A stretch of 63,612 bases of DNA, taken from an uncultured Bacilli bacterium. Lineage in GTDB: Bacteria; Bacillota_I; Bacilli_A; RF39; UBA660. Position numbers and translations under genes: made by a program. The stretch lies in the NCBI GenBank assembly GCA_944358815.1, contig CALVRX010000022.1, positions 1-63,612 of the forward strand. The letters are read 5' to 3'. Under the pieces are notes generated by a model. That model saw nothing but the letters and a program-made list of their open reading frames with translations. It had not been told where the DNA came from and searched no databases. Positions 28,421-37,394 of the stretch are shown piece after piece. Within the stretch, counting starts at the first letter, position 1; every line of letters begins with the position of its first letter.

Positions 28421-28588
28421 ATGAGAGTAAAAGTTTTTGATGAAGGACATGAAAAGGATTTAGAAGAGGCTATTAACAAATTTATTTCTGAGGAAGAACC
28501 AGAGATAATAGATATTAAGTTTTCTACAGCAGTGGCGGTTTCGGAGGAACAGATTTATTGTTTTTCAGCGCTTGTTGTCTATAGGTAG
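28421..28588 (+). CDS. cse60: Cse60 (YteV)-like small sporulation protein
   Basis: MRVKVFDEGHEKDLEEAINKF...EQIYCFSALVVYR resembles the Cse60 family. It is adjacent to a ytgP-like gene, as in B. subtilis. Confidence 0.55.
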   Translation: MRVKVFDEGHEKDLEEAINKFISEEEPEIIDIKFSTAVAVSEEQIYCFSALVVYR

Positions 28589-28596
28589 GTGTTGTT

Positions 28597-30249
28597 ATGA
28601 AAAGAACTGGTTTTTTAGCTGGTGCGGCAATTTCTGTTATTGGAATTGTTATATGTAAGGTTATTGGACTTGTTTATGTCATTCCATTTTATGCGATTAT
28701 TGGCACACAAGGTGGAGCTTTATATAGTTATGCTTATTCGATTTATAATGTGTTTTTGAATTTGGCAACATCTGGTATTCCAGTGGCTATGAGTAAGGTG
28801 GTTAGCGAGTATAATGAGATGAAATTTTATAATACCAAAGAGCGTGTATTTAAGATTGGTCTTAAGGTTATATCTTGTTTATGTGTTATATCGTTTTTGG
28901 TTTTATTTATTTTTGCACCTAATTTAGCTAATATGATTATTGGCGGTGTAGAAGGTGGAAATAGTGTAGAAGATGTAACTATGGTAATTAGGGTTATATC
29001 GACTGCAGTTTTAGTAGTGCCTTTTTTAAGTGTGTCTAAAGGTTATTTACAAGGTCATAGGATTATGCAGGTATCATCTATTGCGGACATTTTAGAACAA
29101 TTAGCTAGAGTTATTGTAATTTTAGCTGGTAGTTTTTTAACTTTAAAAGTATTTCATTTGTCTTTAAATACGGCAGTTGGTGTGGCTGTATTTGGAGCAA
29201 CTGTTGGAGCTTTAGTTGCGTATTTTTATGTATTTTTGAAGATTAAGAAAAGTAAAGATTTAAAAAGACATGAAAAAGCAACTGTGGCTGAGAAGAAAAT
29301 AACTAATAAGGCTTTGATTAAGAAAATTATTTTTTATGCGATGCCATTTGTAATTATATCGCTTTTACAATCTGTGTATGTTTTAGTTGATGTATTTACC
29401 GTGGTCAAAGGTTTAGTTGGTTTAGGTTATACGACGGCAATTAGTGAAAATGTGGTTAGTGTTATTCAAACTTGGGGATCAAAACTTAATATGATTGTAA
29501 TGTCAATTTCAACAGGTATTATTACGAGTTTAATTCCAACTATTGCTTCTGCATATGCGGTTAAAAATATGAAAGAGGTTAATGGTAAGATTACGCAGGC
29601 TTTACAAAGTTTATTTTTGGTGACTATTCCTCTTTCTGTTGGTATTAGTTTTATGTCACAAGCGGTATGGACAGTTTTCTATGGATATGATGAGTTAAAT
29701 AGTTCGATTTTTAGTTTACTTATTTTATCACAAATACCACTTTCTGTGTGTTCAGTAATGGTAAATACTAATCAATCTATGAATAATACTAAGGCGACAA
29801 TTACGGCTTTAGGTTTATCTTTAGTATTTAAGATTTTACTTAATGTTCCGTTTATGCATTTATTTAATATATTAGGATTAGAGGCTTATTTTGCAACTAT
29901 TAGTTTAAATATTATTATTGATACAACAGCATCTATATATTTACTTTATAAGGTGAAAAAAGAGACTAATATTAGTTATATGAAGGCTATTAGAACATTA
30001 ATAAAAGTAGTTATGTGTACTTTAATTATGGTACTTGGTCTTGCAATTTTGAATTTATTTATACCAAGTTATTCAGTAAATAGGTTTGGTTCTATTTTAT
30101 ATATTATTTTGTATGGAATAATTGGAATGATTATTTATTTCTTTGTGGCATATAAATCAAATACTATATCAGAAATTGTTGGTAAAGATTTTGTCCAAAA
30201 GATTGTTTTGAAGATTAAGAGTATAAAATTATTCAAAAAAAGAGCTTAA
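28597..30249 (+). CDS. MOP-superfamily flippase (MurJ/YtgP/SpoVB-like polysaccharide biosynthesis protein)
   Basis: 550 aa with about 14 TM helices. The N-terminal AGAAISVIGIVICKVIGLVYVIPF pattern is typical of YtgP/SpoVB. Confidence 0.7.
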   Translation: MKRTGFLAGAAISVIGIVICKVIGLVYVIPFYAIIGTQGGALYSYAYSIYNVFLNLATSGIPVAMSKVVSEYNEMKFYNTKERVFKIGLKVISCLCVISFLVLFIFAPNLANMIIGGVEGGNSVEDVTMVIRVISTAVLVVPFLSVSKGYLQGHRIMQVSSIADILEQLARVIVILAGSFLTLKVFHLSLNTAVGVAVFGATVGALVAYFYVFLKIKKSKDLKRHEKATVAEKKITNKALIKKIIFYAMPFVIISLLQSVYVLVDVFTVVKGLVGLGYTTAISENVVSVIQTWGSKLNMIVMSISTGIITSLIPTIASAYAVKNMKEVNGKITQALQSLFLVTIPLSVGISFMSQAVWTVFYGYDELNSSIFSLLILSQIPLSVCSVMVNTNQSMNNTKATITALGLSLVFKILLNVPFMHLFNILGLEAYFATISLNIIIDTTASIYLLYKVKKETNISYMKAIRTLIKVVMCTLIMVLGLAILNLFIPSYSVNRFGSILYIILYGIIGMIIYFFVAYKSNTISEIVGKDFVQKIVLKIKSIKLFKKRA

Positions 30250-30284
30250 ATATGATAAAATATTTATAGAAAAGAGGTGGGAGT

Positions 30285-31646
30285 TTGGAACAGTTATCAC
30301 TTGCAGAAAAGTTTAAAATACTTTTTGATAATATTTTTGAACATCCACTTTTTATAGTAATTCTATTAGTACCAGCGATTATATATTTGCTGCAAAAGAA
30401 ACATGGTAAAAAAGCATTTGTTTTGGTGTATTTATTAGTTATAATTGTAGTACTTTTTGTTGGTGGAGAAGTTATATTTGAACTATTTGATAATTTGATG
30501 GATGGTTTATTTATGACACTTTATTTTCCAAATTTTATTACTTTATTTGTAGTGGTAGTGCTTTGTTCGATTATTGCTTTATTTAGTTTCTTTAGCAAGA
30601 AAATGTATAAGGTTAATAAGATTATTAATATTACTGGTTTTGCTATTATTCAGATGCTTTTTTTACTTATTTTAAGTTTAGTAAAGGCAAAAAATATTAA
30701 TATATATGCAGATAATGCTTTATATTCTAATAGTGATGTGCTTACACTCATGCAGCTTTTAATTGGAACTTTTACTTTGCAGGTAATTGCTATTTTGATT
30801 ATTAATGGTATAAATAAGGTGACGGATATTTTGGATAAAAGAAGTACACCTTTAGCTGAGGAAATTAATGAGCAAATTACTAATTTAGAAAAGACAAAGA
30901 AACCTAATTTAATTAGAAATATTAAAATTGATAACACTAAAGTGGGTTATATAAATGTGGCTGATAAGGAGAATACTAGTAGACCGAAGTTAAAGCCATT
31001 TAAGTTTGATGTGGATAAAATAGAATCAATTAAGTTAAATATTCCAGATGTTACTGAAATGCCAAATTCTGGAGATTCTAATTTGGTTTTAGAACCAAAG
31101 GTAATAGATGCTGATAAAGTGTCATTGAAAGAAAAGGTTAAGCCTAGTAATTTAATATCTAAAGCTAAAAAGTTTGTGCAACCTAAAGTGTTAAAGCCTT
31201 TAGAAATATCAAAACAGAAGGTTATGGACAAAGGTGTGGAATTAGCTAGTAAGGTTTTACCTACTAAAAATAATTTAGATATGTCTAAGAAACCTGATGA
31301 AAGGGTTGGTAGTGAGTCTAAATTTATAAATAAGAATGTAGTTTTTTCTGATGCAGAAAAGAAACCAGATTTACTTAAACCCGAAGAGCCTTCAATTATG
31401 TTTGTTAATGATGTTTCTAAGCCAAAACCTATAGAACATGATGTGGAACAACAAACCGATTTAGTAGATAATTTAAATATCGTAGATATTCAATCTACTT
31501 TGGATACAGTTATTAAGTATAAACTTATGAAATGGAAAAAATTAGAAATATATGATGAAGATGCAGCTGTAGATAATTTACAAATACCTAATTTTGATAA
31601 TATGGCTATGGTATTGAAAAGATGCAGGTTATATAAGAAAGTGTAG
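30285..31646 (+). CDS. Hypothetical membrane protein (about 6 N-terminal TMs plus a K/P/V-rich soluble C-terminus)
   Basis: TTG start after an AGAGGTGGG SD. No domain recognised. Confidence 0.5.
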   Translation: MEQLSLAEKFKILFDNIFEHPLFIVILLVPAIIYLLQKKHGKKAFVLVYLLVIIVVLFVGGEVIFELFDNLMDGLFMTLYFPNFITLFVVVVLCSIIALFSFFSKKMYKVNKIINITGFAIIQMLFLLILSLVKAKNINIYADNALYSNSDVLTLMQLLIGTFTLQVIAILIINGINKVTDILDKRSTPLAEEINEQITNLEKTKKPNLIRNIKIDNTKVGYINVADKENTSRPKLKPFKFDVDKIESIKLNIPDVTEMPNSGDSNLVLEPKVIDADKVSLKEKVKPSNLISKAKKFVQPKVLKPLEISKQKVMDKGVELASKVLPTKNNLDMSKKPDERVGSESKFINKNVVFSDAEKKPDLLKPEEPSIMFVNDVSKPKPIEHDVEQQTDLVDNLNIVDIQSTLDTVIKYKLMKWKKLEIYDEDAAVDNLQIPNFDNMAMVLKRCRLYKKV

Positions 31647-31659
31647 GCTTTCTTTTTTT
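31637..31659 (+). terminator. Intrinsic terminator
   Basis: GAAAG-tgtagg-CTTTC hairpin followed by TTTTTTT. It overlaps the stop codon. Confidence 0.65.
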
Positions 31660-31799
31660 GTTTATTAAGGATTTGTTTGGTAAATGAAGATATTTTGTTT
31701 TGAAGAGTGCTGAAGTATTTAAAATGATAAAAAATAAAAAGCGTTTTTATATTGTATGTTTATATATAGAGGAATAAAAAGGTGTTTAGAAAGGAGAAT

Positions 31800-32060
31800 A
31801 TGCAAGTAACAAAAGAAGATTTTAAACAGTTAGATCAAGAATTAAAGTTGATTTCCTTAAGTTATGATAGAGCTTTTAAAATAAATTTAGATGTTTTAAA
31901 AGTAACCATTCCTTTAAATATAAATGAATACGATAATATAAATCTATTAGATAGTGAAATTTCCATTACTAATAAAAAAGAGTATAAAAGAACCGTCGAT
32001 ATTTTAGTGGTTATTAATATGAGTAAAGATGAGTTTATTATTAAAGAAAAAATCGATTAG
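31800..32060 (+). pseudogene. Small ORF, possibly an N-terminal fragment of an Rpn-family nuclease
   Basis: ..SYDRAFKINL...DSEISITNKKEYKRTVDILVVIN.. loosely resembles the PD-(D/E)XK core of Rpn/YhgA-like proteins but is only 86 aa. AGGAGA SD. Confidence 0.3.
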
Positions 32061-32105
32061 TTTTATAAAATAAAAAAATATTACATCAATTATAATATTT
32101 TTTTA

Positions 32106-32393
32106 TTAACTATTTATTAATCCTTTCACATAGGCACTAACTAATGCCTGTTTTTCTTTTGGTAGAGATGAGATATTCTTAAAAAGAAGCATTAGTTCTT
32201 TGTTTGTGTGAAGTTTTTCAATATCATCAATTTTTATTGGATTGTTGGTTCTTCCTAGTAAGTAATCTAAATTACAGTTTAAAAAAGTTCCCATACTAAC
32301 TAGCGTAGTTACACTAGGTAATTTTTGATCATTTAATTTGATATTGTTTTTTTTTGACGAATAAAAATTTTCAAAAGTTACCAATATAAACAT
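32106..32393 (-). pseudogene. 5'-truncated XRE-family HTH remnant
   Basis: LPSVTTLVSMGTFLNCNLDYLLGRTNNP is the distal half of an XRE HTH. Helices 1-2 are missing in all three frames. The longer ORF-track version (to 32528) overlaps the clpC start and is unlikely. Confidence 0.4.
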
Positions 32394-32419
32394 AGGATAT
32401 AGTAGAGAGGAGCTATAAT

Positions 32420-34711
32420 ATGTTTGGAAACTTTGAAGAGGAAGCAAGGAAAATATTAGTAAATGCGAAGAAGGAGATGTACGATTTAAATCATCCTTAT
32501 GTTTCGTCGGAACATTTGCTTTTAGCAATATTAAAAGATGATAATGAGATTAGTGAAAAGTTGAAAAGTTATGATTTAGATTATGATAGATTTAAAAATG
32601 AGATTATTAAAATTATTGGTAAAGGAAGTAAACCTAGTGAATGGTTTTTATATACGCCGTTACTTAAGAGGATAATTGAAAATGCGGTTTATGATGCTAA
32701 GGAAAATAATAATGGTTTAGTGACAATAAATCATTTATTTGCTTCATTACTTGATGAAGGAGAAGGTGTGGCAATTAGAATATTAATTGGTATGGATATA
32801 GATATTGATGAGCTTTATAATGAGTTTTCAGATAAAATTGTTAATAAAAAAAGTCATAAAAAATTATTGATAGAAGAATTGGGAGTGGATCTTAATAAAA
32901 GAGCATTTAATGGTCTTTTAGATCCAGTAACTGGTCGTGATGAAGAAATAAAAAGGGTTTTGGAAATTTTATCAAGAAGAAGAAAAAATAATCCATTATT
33001 AATAGGTGAGGCTGGAGTTGGTAAAACAGCTATTGTGGAGGAGTTAGCTAACATGATTGTTCGTGGTGAGGTACCATTAGCTTTACGTAATAAGAGAATT
33101 ATTAGTTTAGATATGGCTTCATCAGTTGCTGGGACGAAGTATCGTGGTGAGTTTGAAGAACGTATGAATAAGATTTTGAAAGAAATAGAAGAAAATGATG
33201 ATATTATTTTATTTATTGATGAGATTCATACTTTAGTAGGTGCTGGTGGGGCAGAAGGGGCTATTGATGCTTCTAATATTTTTAAACCAGCATTGGCTAG
33301 GGGTAAAATAAGATGTATTGGGGCCACAACGACCGATGAGTATAAGAAGTATATTGAAAAAGATAGTGCTTTAGAAAGACGTTTTCAGACGGTTTTAATT
33401 AATGAGCCGAAGAAGAATACAGTTAAGAGTATACTTATGAATTTGAAGGAGATATACGAGGGGTATCATAAGGTTGTGATAAGTGAAGATATTATTGATT
33501 TAATTATTAATTTGGCGGATAAATATATTTATAATCGTAATGAACCAGATAGGTCGATTGATGTTTTGGATGAAGTGTCGGCTAAGGTTAGTTTGAAAGA
33601 AAGTAAAGGGTTAAAGGAATATAGTTTTTATAATAAGAAATTGAAAGAAGCTATTAGTAATAAAAAAAGTGCTATTTTAAAAAATGATTTTGAAAAAGCT
33701 AGTGAATATAAAAAACAAGAATTTGAATTAATGAATAAAATTAATAATTTGGAGTTATCTCTTTATAAAAAACAAAGTCAAGTAGTAACAAAATTGGATG
33801 TAGCAGAAGTTATTAATATGAAAACTGGGGTACCAATTTATGAAATTTTAAATGAAAAGGGTAAAGTTATTAAGCATACGGAGAAAATACTTAGTGAAAA
33901 TATTATTGGTCAAGATGAAGCTATTAAAGAGGTAGCTAAGGTAGCTAAAAAGATAAAATTAGGATTTAATGATAAATGTTATTCGTTTTTGTTTTGTGGA
34001 CCGTCTGGGGTTGGTAAAACAGCTTTAGCTAAGATATTTGCAGATAATTTAGTTGGTGAGGATAATATTATTCGATTAGATATGAGTGAATATAAAGAAG
34101 CACATAGTGTGAGTAAGATTATTGGTTCACCTCCAGGATATGTTGGATATGAAGATACTACTAATGTACTTGAGGAAATTAGAAATAAACCTTATTCTGT
34201 GTTAATTTTAGATGAAATAGAAAAAGCACATACAAATGTTATAAATTTATTTTTACAAATTTTAGATGAAGGTAAGGTGAAAAATAGTAAGGGTAAGGTT
34301 GTTAGATTTGATAATGTAGTAATTATTATGACATCTAATGTTGGTTTTCATGAAATTAATGTTGGTTTTAATCATAGTGATAATAAGATAACAAGATTAA
34401 ATGAGAATTTTTCTATTCCTTTTATGAATAGAGTAGATAAAGTTATTTGTTTTAATGCTTTAAATAAAGATGATATTTTAAAAATTATTAGAATGCAGTT
34501 AAAAGAGTTTAGAAATAAGTATAAGGATAAAATAAAAATTAGGATTTCTAAGGAAGTAGAACAAGAAATTTTACATTTGTGTAATTTTGAGGAATATGGG
34601 GCGAGAAAGATTGCTAAGGTAATTAAGGATAAGATTGAAACAGTCGTTGTTGATAAAATAATTGATGGAAAAGAAGAGGTTTATATTAAGAATTTGAAAC
34701 AAGAGGTGTGA
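32420..34711 (+). CDS. clpC: ATP-dependent Clp protease ATP-binding subunit ClpC
   Basis: Clp_N repeats, two AAA+ modules ([18 protein letters not shown]), and a UVR-like linker ([14 protein letters not shown]). Confidence 0.9.
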   Translation: MFGNFEEEARKILVNAKKEMYDLNHPYVSSEHLLLAILKDDNEISEKLKSYDLDYDRFKNEIIKIIGKGSKPSEWFLYTPLLKRIIENAVYDAKENNNGLVTINHLFASLLDEGEGVAIRILIGMDIDIDELYNEFSDKIVNKKSHKKLLIEELGVDLNKRAFNGLLDPVTGRDEEIKRVLEILSRRRKNNPLLIGEAGVGKTAIVEELANMIVRGEVPLALRNKRIISLDMASSVAGTKYRGEFEERMNKILKEIEENDDIILFIDEIHTLVGAGGAEGAIDASNIFKPALARGKIRCIGATTTDEYKKYIEKDSALERRFQTVLINEPKKNTVKSILMNLKEIYEGYHKVVISEDIIDLIINLADKYIYNRNEPDRSIDVLDEVSAKVSLKESKGLKEYSFYNKKLKEAISNKKSAILKNDFEKASEYKKQEFELMNKINNLELSLYKKQSQVVTKLDVAEVINMKTGVPIYEILNEKGKVIKHTEKILSENIIGQDEAIKEVAKVAKKIKLGFNDKCYSFLFCGPSGVGKTALAKIFADNLVGEDNIIRLDMSEYKEAHSVSKIIGSPPGYVGYEDTTNVLEEIRNKPYSVLILDEIEKAHTNVINLFLQILDEGKVKNSKGKVVRFDNVVIIMTSNVGFHEINVGFNHSDNKITRLNENFSIPFMNRVDKVICFNALNKDDILKIIRMQLKEFRNKYKDKIKIRISKEVEQEILHLCNFEEYGARKIAKVIKDKIETVVVDKIIDGKEEVYIKNLKQEV

Positions 34712-34762
34712 TTGTTGACAAAGCAATATAAATAATAGATAATAATTTTAAGGTGATTTATT

Positions 34763-35326
34763 ATGTTAATAGATATTGATGATATTATAGCAAATGATGT
34801 AGATATGGCTTTAGAGAAATTATATGATATTTATATAATGAAAATCGATAATATGGAAAATAGATTAAAACTTTGGCGTGATAAAATTAAAAATTATGGA
34901 GTTAAAAGAGATAATGTTGTTTATGGTGAATCTAGGAAAGCAATTAAGAAAGTAGTAAAAATATATCCTAGAGGATTATTAAAAAATGGACATAGTATTT
35001 CGGAACTGGATGAATTTAGAAAATATTCGTGGGATATGAGTCAATTTGGAGGAATGTTTCAAGAAGGATTAAGAAATAGCAGTGTTTCATATATTATTAG
35101 AATTTTAAGATGTGATGATGATGAGTTGCTTGAAAATGTTTTAGAAATTAAAAATGATTGCCCGTGTAAAAGTTTTTCATTGGTATGGGAAGATATTCAA
35201 AAATATCTCGATTTAAGGATTAAGTTGATTAAGTTAAAAAAATTAAGAAGAGAATTGATTATTGAAGATGACTATAAAGAAAAAGATTATCAAAAAGTTT
35301 TGAGTAAGAAAAAACCTGAGGCATAG
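34763..35326 (+). CDS. Hypothetical protein (187 aa)
   Basis: AAGGTGA SD. No motif recognised. Confidence 0.5.
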   Translation: MLIDIDDIIANDVDMALEKLYDIYIMKIDNMENRLKLWRDKIKNYGVKRDNVVYGESRKAIKKVVKIYPRGLLKNGHSISELDEFRKYSWDMSQFGGMFQEGLRNSSVSYIIRILRCDDDELLENVLEIKNDCPCKSFSLVWEDIQKYLDLRIKLIKLKKLRRELIIEDDYKEKDYQKVLSKKKPEA

Positions 35327-35338
35327 AGCTTCAGGTTT
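35312..35338. terminator. Bidirectional terminator between convergent genes
   Basis: AAACCTGA-11 nt-TCAGGTTT hairpin flanked by an A-run and a T-run. It overlaps both stop codons. Confidence 0.7.
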
Positions 35339-37140
35339 TATTCTACAGTCACTGATTTAGCCAAGTTACGAGGTTTGTCGATGTCACAGCCTTTTAGTTT
35401 GGCGGTGTAATAAGCAATTAATTGATAAGGAATCATGACAAGTAATGGTTTTAAAAACATGCTTACTTTTTGAATTTTAATAATTTGTTTAAAACTATCG
35501 TCTTTGATGTCTTCGTCAGTAATTAAGTAGCAATTGGCGCCTCTGGAAATTACTTCTTTTAAGTTACTGATTGTTTTAGCGTTTATATGTTTGTTAGTGG
35601 CTGATGAAAATACAGGTGTATCTTTGGTAATTAAAGATATGGTACCATGTTTTAATTCACCAGCTGCGTAGGCTTCACTATGGATATAAGATATTTCTTT
35701 TAATTTTAGGGATCCTTCCATAGCTAGAGCATAGTCTAAGCCTCTACCAATATAGAAAACGTCATGTTGTGTATATATTTCTGTAGCAATTTTTTCATAA
35801 GTTTTAGTGTTTTCTAAGATTGGTTTTAAGATAGAATCAATATTTTTAAATTCATTTAAAATTTTAAGTATTTTTTCTTCTTTGAATATTTGTTTTCGGT
35901 AAGCATGAGATAGGGCTAGAACTGAAAGTAAGGCAACTTGGGCGGTGTATGCCTTAGTTGAAGCAACAGCAATTTCTGTACCTGCTTCTGTGTATAATAC
36001 TTTATTTAGGGCTCTAGCAATAGAGCTTTCTTTGACGTTTACAATACCTAAAGTATCACATTTAGCTTCTTTAACTTTTTTTAAGGCAGCTAAAGTATCG
36101 GCAGTTTCACCTGATTGTGATATAAATATCGATAGAACTTTTTCAGTTAAAAAGTTATTTTGATAACGATATTCACTAGCTAGGAATACTTCACATTTGG
36201 TATTTGTATATTCTTCAAATAAGTATTTGGCGACTAATCCGGCGTGCATAGCTGTTCCACAAGCAATAATGTCAATTCTTGTATATTTGGTTAAATCAGG
36301 TAGTTTTAGTAAGTCTTCTAGAGTATTAATATATGGATTGATTGTTTGTCTAATAGTGGTGCTTTGTTCCATAATTTCTTTTAACATATAGTGTTCATAT
36401 ATACCTTTATCGGAAGTTAAATCACTACCTTGATATTCTTTTAATTCTTTATTTATAATATTTCCTTCTTTATCATAAATGGTTATATCATTATTGGTTA
36501 TTTTGCCATATTCATAGTCTTCTAATATATAATATTTTTTAGTATATTTTAATATGGCAGGAACATCACTAGCAATGTAGTTGACATCTTGTCCTTTGCC
36601 AATTATTAATGGACTATCTTTTTTGATGACATAAATTGTATCTGGATAATCTTGAACTAGCATACAGATGGCATAACTACCATCAACTTTTTTAATAAAT
36701 TTTTGAATTGTTTTATCAATGTTTTGATATTTTTTATAGTAGTAATCTAATAGACCAGAGGCAATTTCAGTATCAGATTCGGATTTGAAGATGTATCCTT
36801 TATCTTCTAATTTATGTTTTAGTTTATTACAGTTTTCAATTATACCATTATGAACAATAGTTATTTTGCCTACTTGGTGAGGATGAGCATTTGTTTCATT
36901 TACTTTACCATGAGTTGCCCATCTTGTATGAGCAATTCCAATGTTGGAATAAGTTCCTTTTTCTATATTATTTTCAAGGTCTTTAACGCGACCTTTTACT
37001 TTATTTATAATTAATTTACCATCTTTTATATAGCTTAGACCAGCAGAGTCATATCCACGGTATTCTAGGGATTTTAAGCCGTTTAAAAGAATAGGTATTA
37101 TATTTGTTTTAGCGCTGACGCTACCAACAATACCACTCAT
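35338..37140 (-). CDS. glmS: Glutamine--fructose-6-phosphate aminotransferase GlmS (N-terminal MSGIVG instead of MCGIVG)
   Basis: RGYDSAG, HTRWATHG, two SIS domains, and the C-terminal KPRNLAKSVTVE. A glmS ribozyme lies upstream. Confidence 0.9.
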   Translation of the reverse strand: MSGIVGSVSAKTNIIPILLNGLKSLEYRGYDSAGLSYIKDGKLIINKVKGRVKDLENNIEKGTYSNIGIAHTRWATHGKVNETNAHPHQVGKITIVHNGIIENCNKLKHKLEDKGYIFKSESDTEIASGLLDYYYKKYQNIDKTIQKFIKKVDGSYAICMLVQDYPDTIYVIKKDSPLIIGKGQDVNYIASDVPAILKYTKKYYILEDYEYGKITNNDITIYDKEGNIINKELKEYQGSDLTSDKGIYEHYMLKEIMEQSTTIRQTINPYINTLEDLLKLPDLTKYTRIDIIACGTAMHAGLVAKYLFEEYTNTKCEVFLASEYRYQNNFLTEKVLSIFISQSGETADTLAALKKVKEAKCDTLGIVNVKESSIARALNKVLYTEAGTEIAVASTKAYTAQVALLSVLALSHAYRKQIFKEEKILKILNEFKNIDSILKPILENTKTYEKIATEIYTQHDVFYIGRGLDYALAMEGSLKLKEISYIHSEAYAAGELKHGTISLITKDTPVFSSATNKHINAKTISNLKEVISRGANCYLITDEDIKDDSFKQIIKIQKVSMFLKPLLVMIPYQLIAYYTAKLKGCDIDKPRNLAKSVTVE

Positions 37141-37154
37141 AATATTTCTCCTTT

Positions 37155-37296
37155 TCTTTTTTTAGCAATTTATGTTTTGTACATAATGTTGATTTTATGT
37201 TTTGTCATATATTTAACGACTCTTCACCGTGATAGCATCCGCCGAAATTTCGATCACTATCATCCTCGTCAACCTTTGTTTGGTTCTGGCGCTAGG
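37155..37296 (-). ncRNA. glmS: glmS ribozyme (GlcN6P-dependent self-cleaving riboswitch)
   Basis: The minus strand reads AGCGCCAGAAC...GGTTGACGAGGATGATAGTGATCGAAATTTCGGCGGATGCTATCACGG, matching the conserved core (A|GCGCCAGAAC, GACGAGG, AUCGAAAUUUCGGCGGAUGC). Boundaries are approximate. Confidence 0.9.
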
Positions 37297-37337
37297 ATTA
37301 GATGATGACCTCCTTTTGTTATCTATCCTTTGTTATT

Positions 37338-37366
37338 ATTTTATGAAATTATGATAAAAATGTCAA
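37338..37366 (-). promoter_or_regulatory. Sigma-A promoter for the glmS ribozyme-glmS transcript
   Basis: On the minus strand: TTGACA, 17 nt, TAAAAT. Confidence 0.75.
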
Positions 37367-37369
37367 ATT

Positions 37370-37394
37370 GAAAAACGTGTTAGTTTTTAACACG
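37370..37394 (-). terminator. Intrinsic terminator of the asnB-containing operon
   Basis: On the minus strand: CGTGTTA-aaaac-TAACACG followed by TTTTT. It overlaps the asnB stop codon. Confidence 0.7.

Noticed and set aside
30650-31231. Antisense ORFs 30650-30937 and 30947-31231.
   Set aside because: They are embedded opposite the 453-aa membrane protein ORF, with no independent expression signals.
32340-32419. Possible CtsR operator upstream of clpC.
   Set aside because: Only a single TTTGACG half-site is present. The tandem heptad repeat (A/GGTCAAA-NAN-A/GGTCAAA) is not.
32394-32528. N-terminal 45 codons of the track ORF 32106-32528(-), which overlap the clpC start.
   Set aside because: This would place a start codon inside clpC and read across the clpC SD. 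The internal Met at 32393 is more plausible, and even then the product looks like a truncated HTH remnant.
35945-36391. + strand ORFs inside glmS (35945-36163 and 36197-36391). The same applies to 37631-37909 and 39151-39357 inside asnB and the racemase gene.
   Set aside because: They lie opposite strongly conserved enzyme genes and have no SD or promoter.
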